Shown piece by piece: positions 50,409 through 61,790 of a DNA stretch of 64,000 nt. The translations under genes and the position numbers were made by a program. The stretch spans positions 4,836,001 to 4,900,000 of the forward strand of contig CM120646.1 of NCBI GenBank assembly GCA_051362555.1, read 5' to 3'. Below the pieces are notes generated by a model that was not told the DNA's origin, searched no databases, and was given only the letters and a program-made list of their open reading frames with translations. Origin of the DNA: Lingula anatina. Its lineage: Eukaryota > Animalia > Brachiopoda. Positions within the stretch are counted from its first letter, which is position 1. Every line of letters begins with the position of its first letter.

Positions 50409-53393
50409 TTAAATGACAGAAGTACGTGTAATAAGAAGAGTTAGTACAACCAGCCAAAACAAACTGCCTCTGGAGGCAGAGGATACTGGGTAAGCAGCTT
50501 CTCCTGTACCCGGGGAATATGTAGAATGGAACGGCACAGAATCGCTGTTCTTCAGGACGCTCACTTCAAAATCGACCCCTTTATAATTCATTCGAGGGTA
50601 TGTATTTCGAAGAAAAGCGTCGATTTCATCAGTTAAATTCTCGAATAGTCGTTGGGCTTCGCTGAAATTGTCAACAGTTTTCCGCAACCGCACCAACAAA
50701 GTAGTAGTGAAGAAATCCCTCTCGTAGTTTGGGAGGGCGCATTCATCTGGCTTTGCTAAGTCATATACCCAAGCGCCATATGGGTAAAATGTAGATATAT
50801 CTTTCTCAACAAATAACGACCTATACGTCATGCAAAGTTCCATATATCTGCATGGGTCGTTTAGGTGTTTTTTGGGATCAAATTTGAGAATTACGGAGAA
50901 AGGGAGTTTGCGCATGTGATGAAGAGGAGATGGCTTTGCCCCCACGGAATATCCGTCGTCTTGTTCACACATGTCCTGAAAAAGAATGGAATTTTTTTTT
51001 ATAGATGGAAAATATGTAAGTCTGCCTATAATTTTATAAAACTGTGTCTTAGTATTATCAACAAATAAATATTTTCCAACAAAACATGGTCAGAATGCAT
51101 TTGGGTATTAACAAATATTTTCAATAGAAAATGTTTATAATTTAAAGTAAACAGAACCGAAGAAGTGCACTTCACGTTGAAATTTTGTACTAAGGCAGAC
51201 GTGGTACAACATTTTCACGTCAAATGATCATAAAAAATCATGATTCGCCTAGATCTTTTTGACAGTACAGAAGGAAAATTCGACATCTCTTCACTTATGT
51301 TTGGTTTTATTTCATTTCATTATTTTCTCACGTCTTTATCTTGAACGATAAGTGCTTTATAGCATATTTAGTCATAAAATTGAGATTTTTTGCATACTTT
51401 TGTTTAATATTCCCAGCTACCCCCCCCCCCCCCCCATGTGATAACAAAAAGACGAAGGCCATTATTCGTTTCAGAAAAAAATGGTTACACATACGCCATT
51501 CGATTTCCCCTGGCAAAGTAAGTCCCTTTGAGCATTTATCAGTGCAGAAAAGCCACGCGGTTCCATTGTTTTCAACTTCATGTCGCCTGTAAAATAGGAT
51601 GAGTTTCAATAATAAAGTGATATTTATGTTTATGTTTCGACCGATAAAGATGCTGTTCTTGAGGGTGTGGTTTTTTCAGGGAAACACAAAAGGCATATGA
51701 TAATAGAAACTGTGAATGTGATTATTACTTATTAATCCAATAACTGTATCAGTTGCGGATCTAAGTACGACACTGTGATGCAAAACATGGTGAGAATTAT
51801 TAAGGTTATAGGCAAAACCTTAAAAATATGACATGAAGAATGAAAGACTACCCGCACGAAAATGCAGTAGTATCGAAGTAGCAAAGAAGCATTAAAGCAG
51901 TAGTGGTGTGGAGCATATTTGCAGTAGAAATGCAGCATACCCTACTGCAATTCTACTTCAAAAATTACATAGGGTTGTACAGAGGAGGAGCATTAATGCA
52001 GTAGATTAGCAGCATGATAGAAGCATGTTTCAAATATGCTAATTAGCTCCCAATGCGAAGCAGATTTGAGGCATATTTGCAGTATGATTGCAGTAGTCTA
52101 CTGCGCTGGAGCATCTACTGCGTTTTCGTGCGGGTAATAATGCTATCCATTCAACCCAGAAACGAACAAGTGGTCAAAGGTGTTTCAATACAAAAAGTGA
52201 GTGTAAAGCTGCTTACCGATATCTGTGCATTCTTGAACTTTCTGCAATGTGTTCGGCAACACACGGCAAACCCAACAGAAAATGTTTCGACTAAATGAAT
52301 AACCTCCGGAGTTTCCACGAGAGTAGGTCACCGACACGGGGCCAGACTCGCAAAGTTTTGCAGATAAGGCGTCAGCGTCCGGTGAACATGCACGGGCATT
52401 CAGGCTTCTTAAAGGATCATGATTTCCCTCAGGACCGATGCAAGGGCGTCCTGGATAATAGTCTGGGGAATCAAAGAACAGAACACAATCGTTCATATGG
52501 AAAATCAAATGCAAAATCTCAGCAACAGTCCAAACATTTTGAAAGGTTTCAACTTGTGTTTCGTCACACGCAACCGTGGGTTTCCAGGCTTTGTGTGATG
52601 TAACTTTGTGACAGGTTGCGCAGAAAATGTTTTTGAATGTGACGTTTGCCTCCGTTGACGAAACAGGCAGCATGATATTAATGTCATTAGACCAGCCTTT
52701 GAACTCACATTTCTGGCGGACAACTTCGTCATGCCAGTGACTTGGGCATGAAGAGACAATCCAAAAATACTTACTGCCTACGCCCCATATTTGTTTGTTC
52801 CCCTGTAGCCAACATTCTGTGTCATTTTGGCTTATATCAATTTCCGTGATTTTTGTCTCCCTGCAGTATTGATTGTATGGCCAACAGCAATCTCCAAATA
52901 CATTACACAAATCGTCACAGAAGCAGGTTATCAGAATCATGTCTTCAATTGGCTGGCCTATACGACTGGCACAGAATGGGGTGTTTACTGTGAAGTTAAA
53001 CGGTATCAAACTTCTCGGGGGATCTTTTGTTGAACTAGCTTCACCGCTTTTGGGGAATATCGATACGGGACCGAACGTGTAGTCCCCTAATTTAGAATCG
53101 TTTTGGTGTGCAGTCCTAAGGCTTGTGTATTGGGCAGAGTTCAAGTTCGGTACTTCTGATGTGACTCTCGAGAAACCATAACGTCCATCCGTTCCCTTCT
53201 TCACAGTTTCTTGTTCCCCCTTGGTCGACTGGTGATAAGTGAAGTTTCTCAAGAAAAATGGTGTTGAAGACGTGGATGATGTAGCATTAGTCTGACTTGT
53301 AAGATAGTAAGCATTTGTCAGGGTCTCAGCATTTCCCATCTGCAGCTGCTCTAGAATGACTAAGACACATAATGCCCGTCTTAGAAACTTCAT
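50409..53393 (-). CDS. Somatomedin-B-like/Cys-rich extracellular protein with predicted GPI signal, copy 1 (~611 aa)
   Basis: Exons 53393-52217, 51586-51495, 50975-50409 (phases 1, 0). Signal peptide, S/T-rich stalk, SMB-like CFCDDLCNVFGDCCxxYxxxC, Cys-rich block (VSSCPxxW...LPVSS...TFKNIFCAxCH), C-terminal SSASRG plus a hydrophobic tail with no cytoplasmic domain. Confidence 0.88.
51851..52134. mobile_element. MITE with TA TSD in intron 1 of SMB copy 1
   Basis: TIR cccgcacgaaaa.gcagtag / ctactgc.ttttcgtgcggg flanked by TA; empty site in copy 2 (~58245-58255). Confidence 0.88.
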
Positions 53394-54899
53394 TGTCCAA
53401 TATTTCTTCTTAACTACCGGTGAGAGCGGCTAGTTACATATATATACCCCTGGCAAATTACTTCCGACTGGCTAACATTCCCAATGTATTGTCACAAAAA
53501 AAGGCTATCGTGTTTTCAAATGACACGATAATAAGAAGGAAGGAGAGAGCCGATTGAGAGAAATATCACTAACAGTATAACGCACTCTTATTACTTGTCT
53601 TTGCCACGAAAACATGTTGGGCAACGACAGCCATCTTTGAATGCCTGGAACAGCTTCTATCGTTGCTGTATCCTGCGGATAACACTGTCCATGGGTGAAT
53701 TTTTTAGCTTCAGGATATCAGCCCTATGTATTTATCGATGTTTCACAGAGGCAGGTTAAACAGGTATCTAGTGGAAAATTAATTTATCCAATACCATAAT
53801 GCCAGTAGTTGCTAAAAATGTTCAGAAAATCCGTGAAAGTTGCTAATGAAACAGGTATCCATAACAAGTTAAGTTAATACCCCCCCCCCCCACCACCACC
53901 ACCACAGTGACCATGTTTCATTTCGTTTTAATGAAAAAAATGAAAAAGTACAGTTGAATAATGTGAGAAATTCAGCCCGTTAATGTAAAATAGTTATTAT
54001 CATTATACTTTATCTGAATGTAATAAAGATTCATCACTATTATTATTGTTATTATTACTATTATTATTACTATTATTATTATTATTATTGTTGTTGTTAT
54101 TATTATTACCTGCCCGGTTTATCATTTTAAATACACATTGTGCGATCTTGATTGGCCACTGGATATTCAGCCTTGACGAAGCCTGGTCCTATTTTTTACA
54201 CTATTAAAGCAAAAGGTTGCCAAGGGCACCAATTTGTAGATATTTTTCAAGAATATATATGGCTTTTGAAGAAATTTGTATTTACACGTTCACTTGGTTT
54301 TTCGTCTTCCTAAAAAATACGTTCCTTTTTCTAAGTTACTTTGTCTAGTCTTGTTTCAATATCATAAGTTTTTTTTGGTTGGTTAGTGTTGGTTCAAAAT
54401 CCGCCTCTCCGCTAGATCTCTCAGTCGTATTATTTTTGTGCTTTAAATTAATGTCCTGTAAAAAACTTTGTATCTACCAAATTCTGCTGTGCAAGCATTA
54501 ATACGATGTGTGCATTTGTGTTTAGCGTGCAGCACGTGCTGGCCAAATATGAATTGATCTTCTTACGACTGTATGTCGAAGGACTCGAGTGTTCCAATGC
54601 AGCTATGTAAAAGCTTTAATGCTAATGTTTATAGCTACCATAATAACAGTAAAAGATCTTTAAAAAGAACATTTTATTCAGATACATAAATGGTAGTTTC
54701 TTTTGACAAAAAGACAAGTAAATTCTGAAGTTGAAATAGTTATAGATTTTAAATGTCTTGGTGTTTGAATCCTTGTATATCAACCAGGAAATGCTAGTAA
54801 TTTAAAATTTTACCAGAAGGTGATTGGTGTGTGTTGGCACTCTCCTTCACAGCCTTGTATGGTATCGCTTCAATGAAAAACAAGAGTAGCCTTCATAAC

Positions 54900-55510
54900 G
54901 CAATGTTTGATTGTAATGTTAATTGATTCATTAAAAAATCCTTTTAATTCATTTGAAAACAATACAATTACGTGTATTTGCGATGCTAAATAATTCTTAA
55001 TAGCAAAATTCTGACTGATATTAAAACAATAGGATGGCCCGTTGTTACGTTTCGACTTTAAAACTATATAATTACGTGCTGTTACTCCACATTGATAATT
55101 GACCCTTAAACAGTAGGATTGCGTGTTGTTACGTTTTGACTTTAAAACAATACGGTTACGTGTGATTACGCCAAAATTACGTGTTTCAACTTCACAATTA
55201 TTTAAGTGCGATGTAAATTAACTAATAGGGTTATGTGCGATTACGTCACAATAAGGCAACACAGTTAATAGATTTAAAAACAATTGTTTTTTTTTCTTGT
55301 TCTCAAACAATATGATTTCATTGATTTAAAACAATAGTGTCTTGATTCTAAAAACCAGAAGATTACGTGTTTTCAATTCACAATCACGTAATTGCAGTGC
55401 ATTTGCAATTTGATCCTTAAACAATTGAATTACGATTTACTCTAAAACAATATGAATATGTGTAGTTACGCTACAATAACATGTTGTTACATAATAATTA
55501 CATGACATCC
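54900..55510 (+). repeat. Degenerate tandem array rich in taaaacaat / attacgtg motifs
   Basis: Motifs recur every ~60 bp; a shorter version sits at ~49580-49690 in the paralogous unit. Confidence 0.65.
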
Positions 55511-55628
55511 CACTAAAGTAACACTCAGAAATTATAACCGTTTCGTACATGTATACTAATACATTGAAACAGTATGAAATTGATCATTTATTCTGTTACA
55601 TTTAAAGGTGTACAGGATCCTTCCTACC

Positions 55629-56252
55629 CACCCTGAGCTTCAGAGTTAACTTGACACTAACCTCTTCACTATAGCCTATCTTCATCGTGTCAAGTTACCT
55701 CTGACGAAAATAGTTTGATTTAGTTTATATAAGCCAATCGAATCCATGTTTCAAATTTTTTCACCAAAGTTTGTTGAAAACGCTGATTAGTTGAAAGTCC
55801 AGAATTATGTCCAACGAGAAAATTGCATTTCGTTGCGTCCGCATAACCGTACACAAAGAGAGCATGGCGTCTCTTACAACTGACTACGTAAAGACTGTGT
55901 TAAGTTATCTCTTGATTCTTTGCAAAATATGAGTATACCGGAATTGAAACCAGAGCAGTTTGAGGCCCTGCATCATTATCTACTGAGGGATGATGTATTT
56001 TGCGTGCTGCCCACAGGTTACGGCAAGTCTCTGATATTCGGCCTTATCTTTGATTGGTCCTAATTTGAACAAAGCGCGCTTTGACTCGTTCGCGTTTATT
56101 GGGCTAGATCGTTCAATGAGTCATTGAGGGCGGGCTTTAAATTTGGTTGGCGGGCAGTGGGGGCAATCGGATGTGGCCAAAGGTAACTTGACACGATGAA
56201 GATAGGCTATAGTGAAGAGGTTAGTGTCACGTTATCTCTGAAGTTCAGGGTG
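55629..56252 (+). mobile_element. Non-autonomous DNA transposon with long TIRs carrying a RecQ-type helicase fragment (AcademH-like)
   Basis: ~70-bp TIRs (caccctga.cttcagag.taac.tgacactaacctcttcactatagcctatcttcatcgtgtcaagttacct); 8-9-bp TSD ttcctacc(c)/tccctacc(c); empty site at ~49800-49810; internal ORF 55929-56063 MSIPELKPEQFEALHHYLLRDDVFCVLPTGYGKSLIF. Confidence 0.85.
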
Positions 56253-56826
56253 TCCCTACCCTGCTTCTATCTGAAATTAAAAGTCAATTAGGCATGAGAA
56301 AAAGATAATATAATAGCAGGAGGCTGAACTTTTTTCAGGCCTTTATTCCTACCTTTCTGTTTTCTTTCATTTTTGTCTCCCTACCATTTCAACTACACGT
56401 TCTCTCCTGCCAAGTTTAATTATTTCTGTCACATTTCTCTGCACATTCGGTTCATAAAAATAAAATAAAACAACCTAAATCTGCAAATTTGGGCTTGTTT
56501 AAATAATTAAACCTTCTTTAATCAAACAATACTGGAAATAGGAGGCGCCCTTTTTAAACAGGGGCTTATGATATAACCAGAATTAGAAGCCGTTATTTTA
56601 AGGTTCTAACAATGGACCCTTTCAAAGATCAAAAGAAATACAATGTCGGCGGAACAAAGTTTTTCAGATCGAATCATTTGCCTACCACGAGATTGTGACA
56701 TAACGGTTAAAGTCTTCAAACTCCTTCCCGTTCTCCCTTTGCAGGAAAAATGATCGTTCGCCAAATTTTACATCCATACATAGTGGAAATAGTGGAAATG
56801 AAACTCAACTACATTACTGCACATCT

Positions 56827-59547
56827 TTATATGACAGAAGTACGTATAATAAGAACAGTAAGTACAACCTGCCCAAACAAACTGCCTCTGGAGGCAGAGG
56901 ATACTGGGTAAGCAGCTTCTCCTGTACCCGGGGAATTTGTAGAATGGAACGGCCCAGCATCGCTGTTCTTCAGGACGCTCACTTCAAAATCGACCCCTTT
57001 ATAATTCATTCGAGGGTATGTATGTCGAAGAAAAGCGTCGATTCCATCAGTTAAATTCTCGAATAGTCGTTGGGCCTCGCTGAAATGATCAACAGTTTTC
57101 CGCAACCGCACCGAAAAAGAAGCAGTGAAGAAAATATTCTCGTAGTTTGGGAGGGCGCATTCATCTGGCTTTGCTAAGTCATATACCCAAGCGCCATATG
57201 GGTAAAATGTAGTTATATCTTTCTCGACAAATAACGACCTATACGTCATACAAATGCTTTTATATCTGCATGGGTCGTTTAGCTGCTTTTTGGGATCAAA
57301 TCTGAGAATTAAGGGGAAAGGGAGATTACGCATGTGATGAAGAGGAGATTCGGAGCATTCGTCGTCCTGTTTACACATGTTCTGAAAAAGAATGCAACGT
57401 TTTAATGGATGTAAAATTTGTGAGTCTGTCTTTAATTTTATAAAACTGTGTCTAAGTCGAATTTGTTCATTGGTATTTTCATATATATTTATATCCAAAG
57501 AAACATTATGGTCAGAATGCATTGGAGTATTAACAAATATTTTTAATCTAAAATGAGGATAATTTAAAGAAAACAGGTCTGAAGAAGTGCAATTCACGTT
57601 TAAGTGTTCAGCACTGTTCTAAGGCAGACGAGGTCCAACTTTTTCACGTCAAACGATCAAAAAAGCATGATTCGCTTAGATCTGCATACGCCTTTTTAAC
57701 AAAACAGAAGGAAATATCGACATCCCTTCATTTATGTTTGGTTTTATTTTATTATTTCTCACGTCTTAATCGGAATGAAAGTGCTCTATAGCATATTCAG
57801 TCATACTATTGAGATTTTTGCATAATTCTGTTTCATATTCTCAACTAAAAAACGCATGTGATATTTAAAAGACGCGGGTCATTATTCGTTTCAGATAACA
57901 GTTATTAATACATACGCCATTCGATTTTCCCTGGCACATTAAGTCCCTTTCAACATTTATCAGTGCAGAAAAGCCACGCGGTTCCATTGTTTTCAACTCC
58001 ATGTCACCTGTAAAACAAGATGAGTCTCTATGATAAATTGATACGAATGCGTATGTTTTGACCGATATAGATGTTGTTGAGGCTGTGAATTTCTCATGGA
58101 AAGACAAAAGGCAAATGATAATAGAAAGTGTCAACATGTATGTATAGTTGCAGATCATAGTAAGATACTGTGCTGTAAAACATTTTGCGAATTAAAAAGA
58201 GTATAGGTAAACCATTTGAAATATGGATTGAAGAATAAAAAAAATACTAAAATGCTATCCATGCAACCCAGAAACGAACAAGCTGTCAAAGATTCTTCAA
58301 CCGAAAACAAAACGTGAATGTAAATAGCTAAGCTGGCATATCACTTCCTTATTATTCAAAAGCTCCTTACCGACGTCGGCGCATTCTTGAATCTTCTGCA
58401 ATGTGTTCGGCAGTACACGGCAAATCCAACAGAAAATGTTTCGACTAAATAAATAACCTACTACTTTATCATGAGAGTAGGTCACCGACACGGGGCCAGA
58501 CTCGCAAAGTTTTGCATATTCAGCGTCAGCGTCCGGTGAACATTCAAGGGAATTCAAACCTCTTAAAGGGTCATGGTTTCCCTCAGGACCGATGCAAGGG
58601 CGTCCTGGATAATATTCTGGGGAATCAAAGATTAGAATGCAATCGTCCATATGAAAAATCATATGCAAAATCTCAGCAACAGTCCAAACTTTTTGAAAGG
58701 TTTCAACTTGTGTTTCGTCACACGCAATCGTGGGTTTCCAGGCTTTGTGTGATGTAACTTTGTGACAGGTTGCGCAGAAAATGTTTTTGAATGTGACGTT
58801 TGCCTCCGTTGACGAGACAGGCAGCATGATATTAATGTCATTAGACCAGCCTTTGAACTCACATTTTTGGCGGACAACTTCGTCATGCCAGTGACTTGGG
58901 CATGAAGAGACAATCCAAAAATACTTACTGCCTACGCCCCATATTTGCTTGTTCCCCTGTAGCCAACATTCTGTGTCATTTTGGCTTATATCAATTTCCG
59001 TGATTTTTGTCTCCCTACAGTATTGATTGTATGGCCAACAGCAATCTCCAAACACGTTGCACAAATCGTCACAGAAGCAGGTGACCAAAATCATGTCTTC
59101 ATTTGGCTGGCCTATACGACTGGCACAGAATGGGGTGTTTACTGTGACGTTAAACGGTATCAAACGACCAGGGGGATCTTTTGTTAAACTAGCTTCATCG
59201 TTTTTGGGGGATATCGATACGGGACGGAACGTGTACTCCCCGAATTTAGAATCGTTTTGGTGTGCACTCCTAAGGCTTGTCTATTGGGCAGCGTTCAAGT
59301 TCGGTACTTCTGATGTGACTCTCGAGAAACCATAACGTCCACCCGTTCCCTTCTTCACAGTTTCTTGTTCCCCCTTGGTCGACTGGTGATAAGTGAAGTT
59401 TCTCAAGAAAAATGGTGTTGAAGACGTGAATGATCTGACATTATTCTGACTTGTAAGATGGTTAGCATTTGTCAGTTTCTCAGCATTTCCCATCTGCAGC
59501 TGCTCTATAAAGACAAAAAAACATAATGTCTGCCTTAGAAACTTCAT
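56827..59547 (-). pseudogene. SMB/Cys-rich GPI protein copy 2, with a premature stop at codon 89
   Basis: Exons 59547-58371, 58007-57916, 57381-56827; exons 1 and 2 equal copy 1 in length, exon 3 is 12 nt shorter. TAG at 59281-59283 where copy 1 has TAC (Tyr); the rest of the frame is open. Confidence 0.8.
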
Positions 59548-60339
59548 TGTCCAATACTTCTTTCTAAATAGCGGCGATAGCGGCCAGTAACATTTATATA
59601 CCCCCGGCAAACTACTTCTGACCGGATAATATTCCCCATGTATTGCCACGAAGGAAGCGTATCGTGTTTTTGAATGACACGACAATAAGAAGGAAGGTGA
59701 GATCCGATTGAGAGAAATATCACTAACAACATGACCTTAGCTAATTGCTTGTCTTGGCCACGAAAACATGTTGGGCATCGACAGCGTTCTTATAATGCCT
59801 GGAACAGCTTCTATCATTGTGGTAAAGTTCTACCCTGCGGATAACATTGTCCACGGGTGAAATTCTTATCTTCGGGATGCCAGTTCTCTGTATTTATCGG
59901 TGTTTCACATAGGCAGGTTAAACAGGTTTCTGGTGGGAAATATATTCATCCAATACCATAATGGTACTAGTTGCTATAGACTTTGTGATCATCCGAGCTA
60001 GTTGCTAATGAAACATTTATTCATAGCATATTGCGTTAATAAACCCCCCGCAGTGGCCATGTTTCGCTTTAATGAAAAAATAATTAGGTATAAGTACAGT
60101 TAATGATGTGAGAAATTCAGTCCGTTAATGTAAAATAGTTAACTTTATTAGATTATATCTGGATGTAATAAAGATTCATCACTATTAACTTGACATTTTA
60201 CACTGTTCTATTAATATTTTCCCCATCTCTTCAATTTTCTAAGATGATCATATAAAAATGGCAGTAAACTGTTAATTTTGTTTTATGTTAAAAAATTGTT
60301 AAAAGTGGAAAAAATATTTCACAACAGTGCAGTCTTGTT

Positions 60340-61790
60340 TACATTTTGGCAATTTCAAGTTGTGACTTTGAAGTTCTATGGGCCTGAAGACCTTTGCTAG
60401 TCACATTTTCTAAATATCCATGATGCTAATTTTTTATTATTTAAACTTGATTGTCATTATGCTGCTAAACATAATGTAATATTGCATCAAAATTTGAAGA
60501 AACCCCTATTTTGGGCACTGCTCACATGATGACCATTTAAGGAAAACCATGTCACTTACTGTTCTCAAACTTACAGGAAAAAACATGGGACTAAAATCCA
60601 GCTTCAGTAGGCAATGCAGTCTGTTTGGTAGTTCTTTCTGGCAGTTAAACAGTTTTTTGTGAAAATTTAATTTTTTCACATATTGGCATTTTCAAGGTGT
60701 GACTTTGAAGTTCCATGGGCCTGATGACCTTCACTAGTCACATTTTCTGAATATCCATGATACTAGTATTTATTATTAAAAATGATGGTCATTATGATGT
60801 TAAATATTATGTAATGTTGCATCAAAATTTGAAGAAACCCCTATTTTGGGCACTGCTTCCATGATGACCATTTAAGGAAAACTATGTCACTTACTGTTCT
60901 CAAACTTACAGGAAAGAAACATATGGGACTAAAATACAGCTTCAGTGGGCAATTCAGTCTGTTTGATAAATTTTTCTGGCAGTTGAACAGTTTTTTGTGA
61001 AAATTTAATTTTTCACATATTGGCATTTTCAAGGTGTGACTTAGAACCTCCACGAGCTTGAGGACCCATGCTAGCCACATTTTCTGAAAATTCATGATAC
61101 TAATATTTTATTATTAAAAATTGATGGTCATTATGCTGTTAAGCATTATGTAATATTGCATCAAAATAGAAGAAAACACAATTTTGGGTGCTGCTGCCAT
61201 GATGACCATTATGGGAAAACCGTGTTACTTATGATTGTCAAACTTTCAACAAAGAAACACAGGACTAAAATGCAGCCTGAGTTTGCTTCTTTTTCTGGAA
61301 GTTATACATTTTAGTGAAATATTCATTATTATCGTATTGGCATATTCATTGTTGGACTCAGAGCTCCCATGGACATGAAGCCTAATGGTAATCAAATTTT
61401 CTACATGTCCATGCTATTTATAGTCAATAATCAAAAATTGGTGATAATTTTTTTATGTAATGTTACATCAAAATTGACAAAAAATCTTGTGTTACTTATT
61501 ATTATTTTAATAATTTTATTATAATTTTAACATACAAGTATGATTTTTAGGATTTTTAGGATTGGCATGCAGTTCAAATTAGAAAGCCAGCTCAATTGGG
61601 TTATCTGTTATTATTGGATTTATGCAATTTTGTGTGGAATTTTCATTATTCTTATTCTGGTATTTTCAAAGTGTGAACTTGAACTTCCATGGGCCTTCTG
61701 CTTGTTACACATTTTACTTACATCGGTATTACCTGTTGAGCATAATTAAATTTTGATGGTGAATTTGCAGTAAAGCATAATGTATCAGAA
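60340..61790 (+). repeat. Tandem repeat, ~320-337-bp unit, 4+ copies decaying rightward
   Basis: Unit starts ttggcattttcaaggtgtgactttgaagttc at ~60346, 60683, 61020, with diverged starts at 61337 and 61658. Confidence 0.9.

Noticed and set aside
49500-60190. SMB tandem as a haplotype mis-assembly
   Set aside because: Introns and flanks are substantially diverged and carry copy-specific transposon insertions, which favours true paralogs; read depth would settle it.
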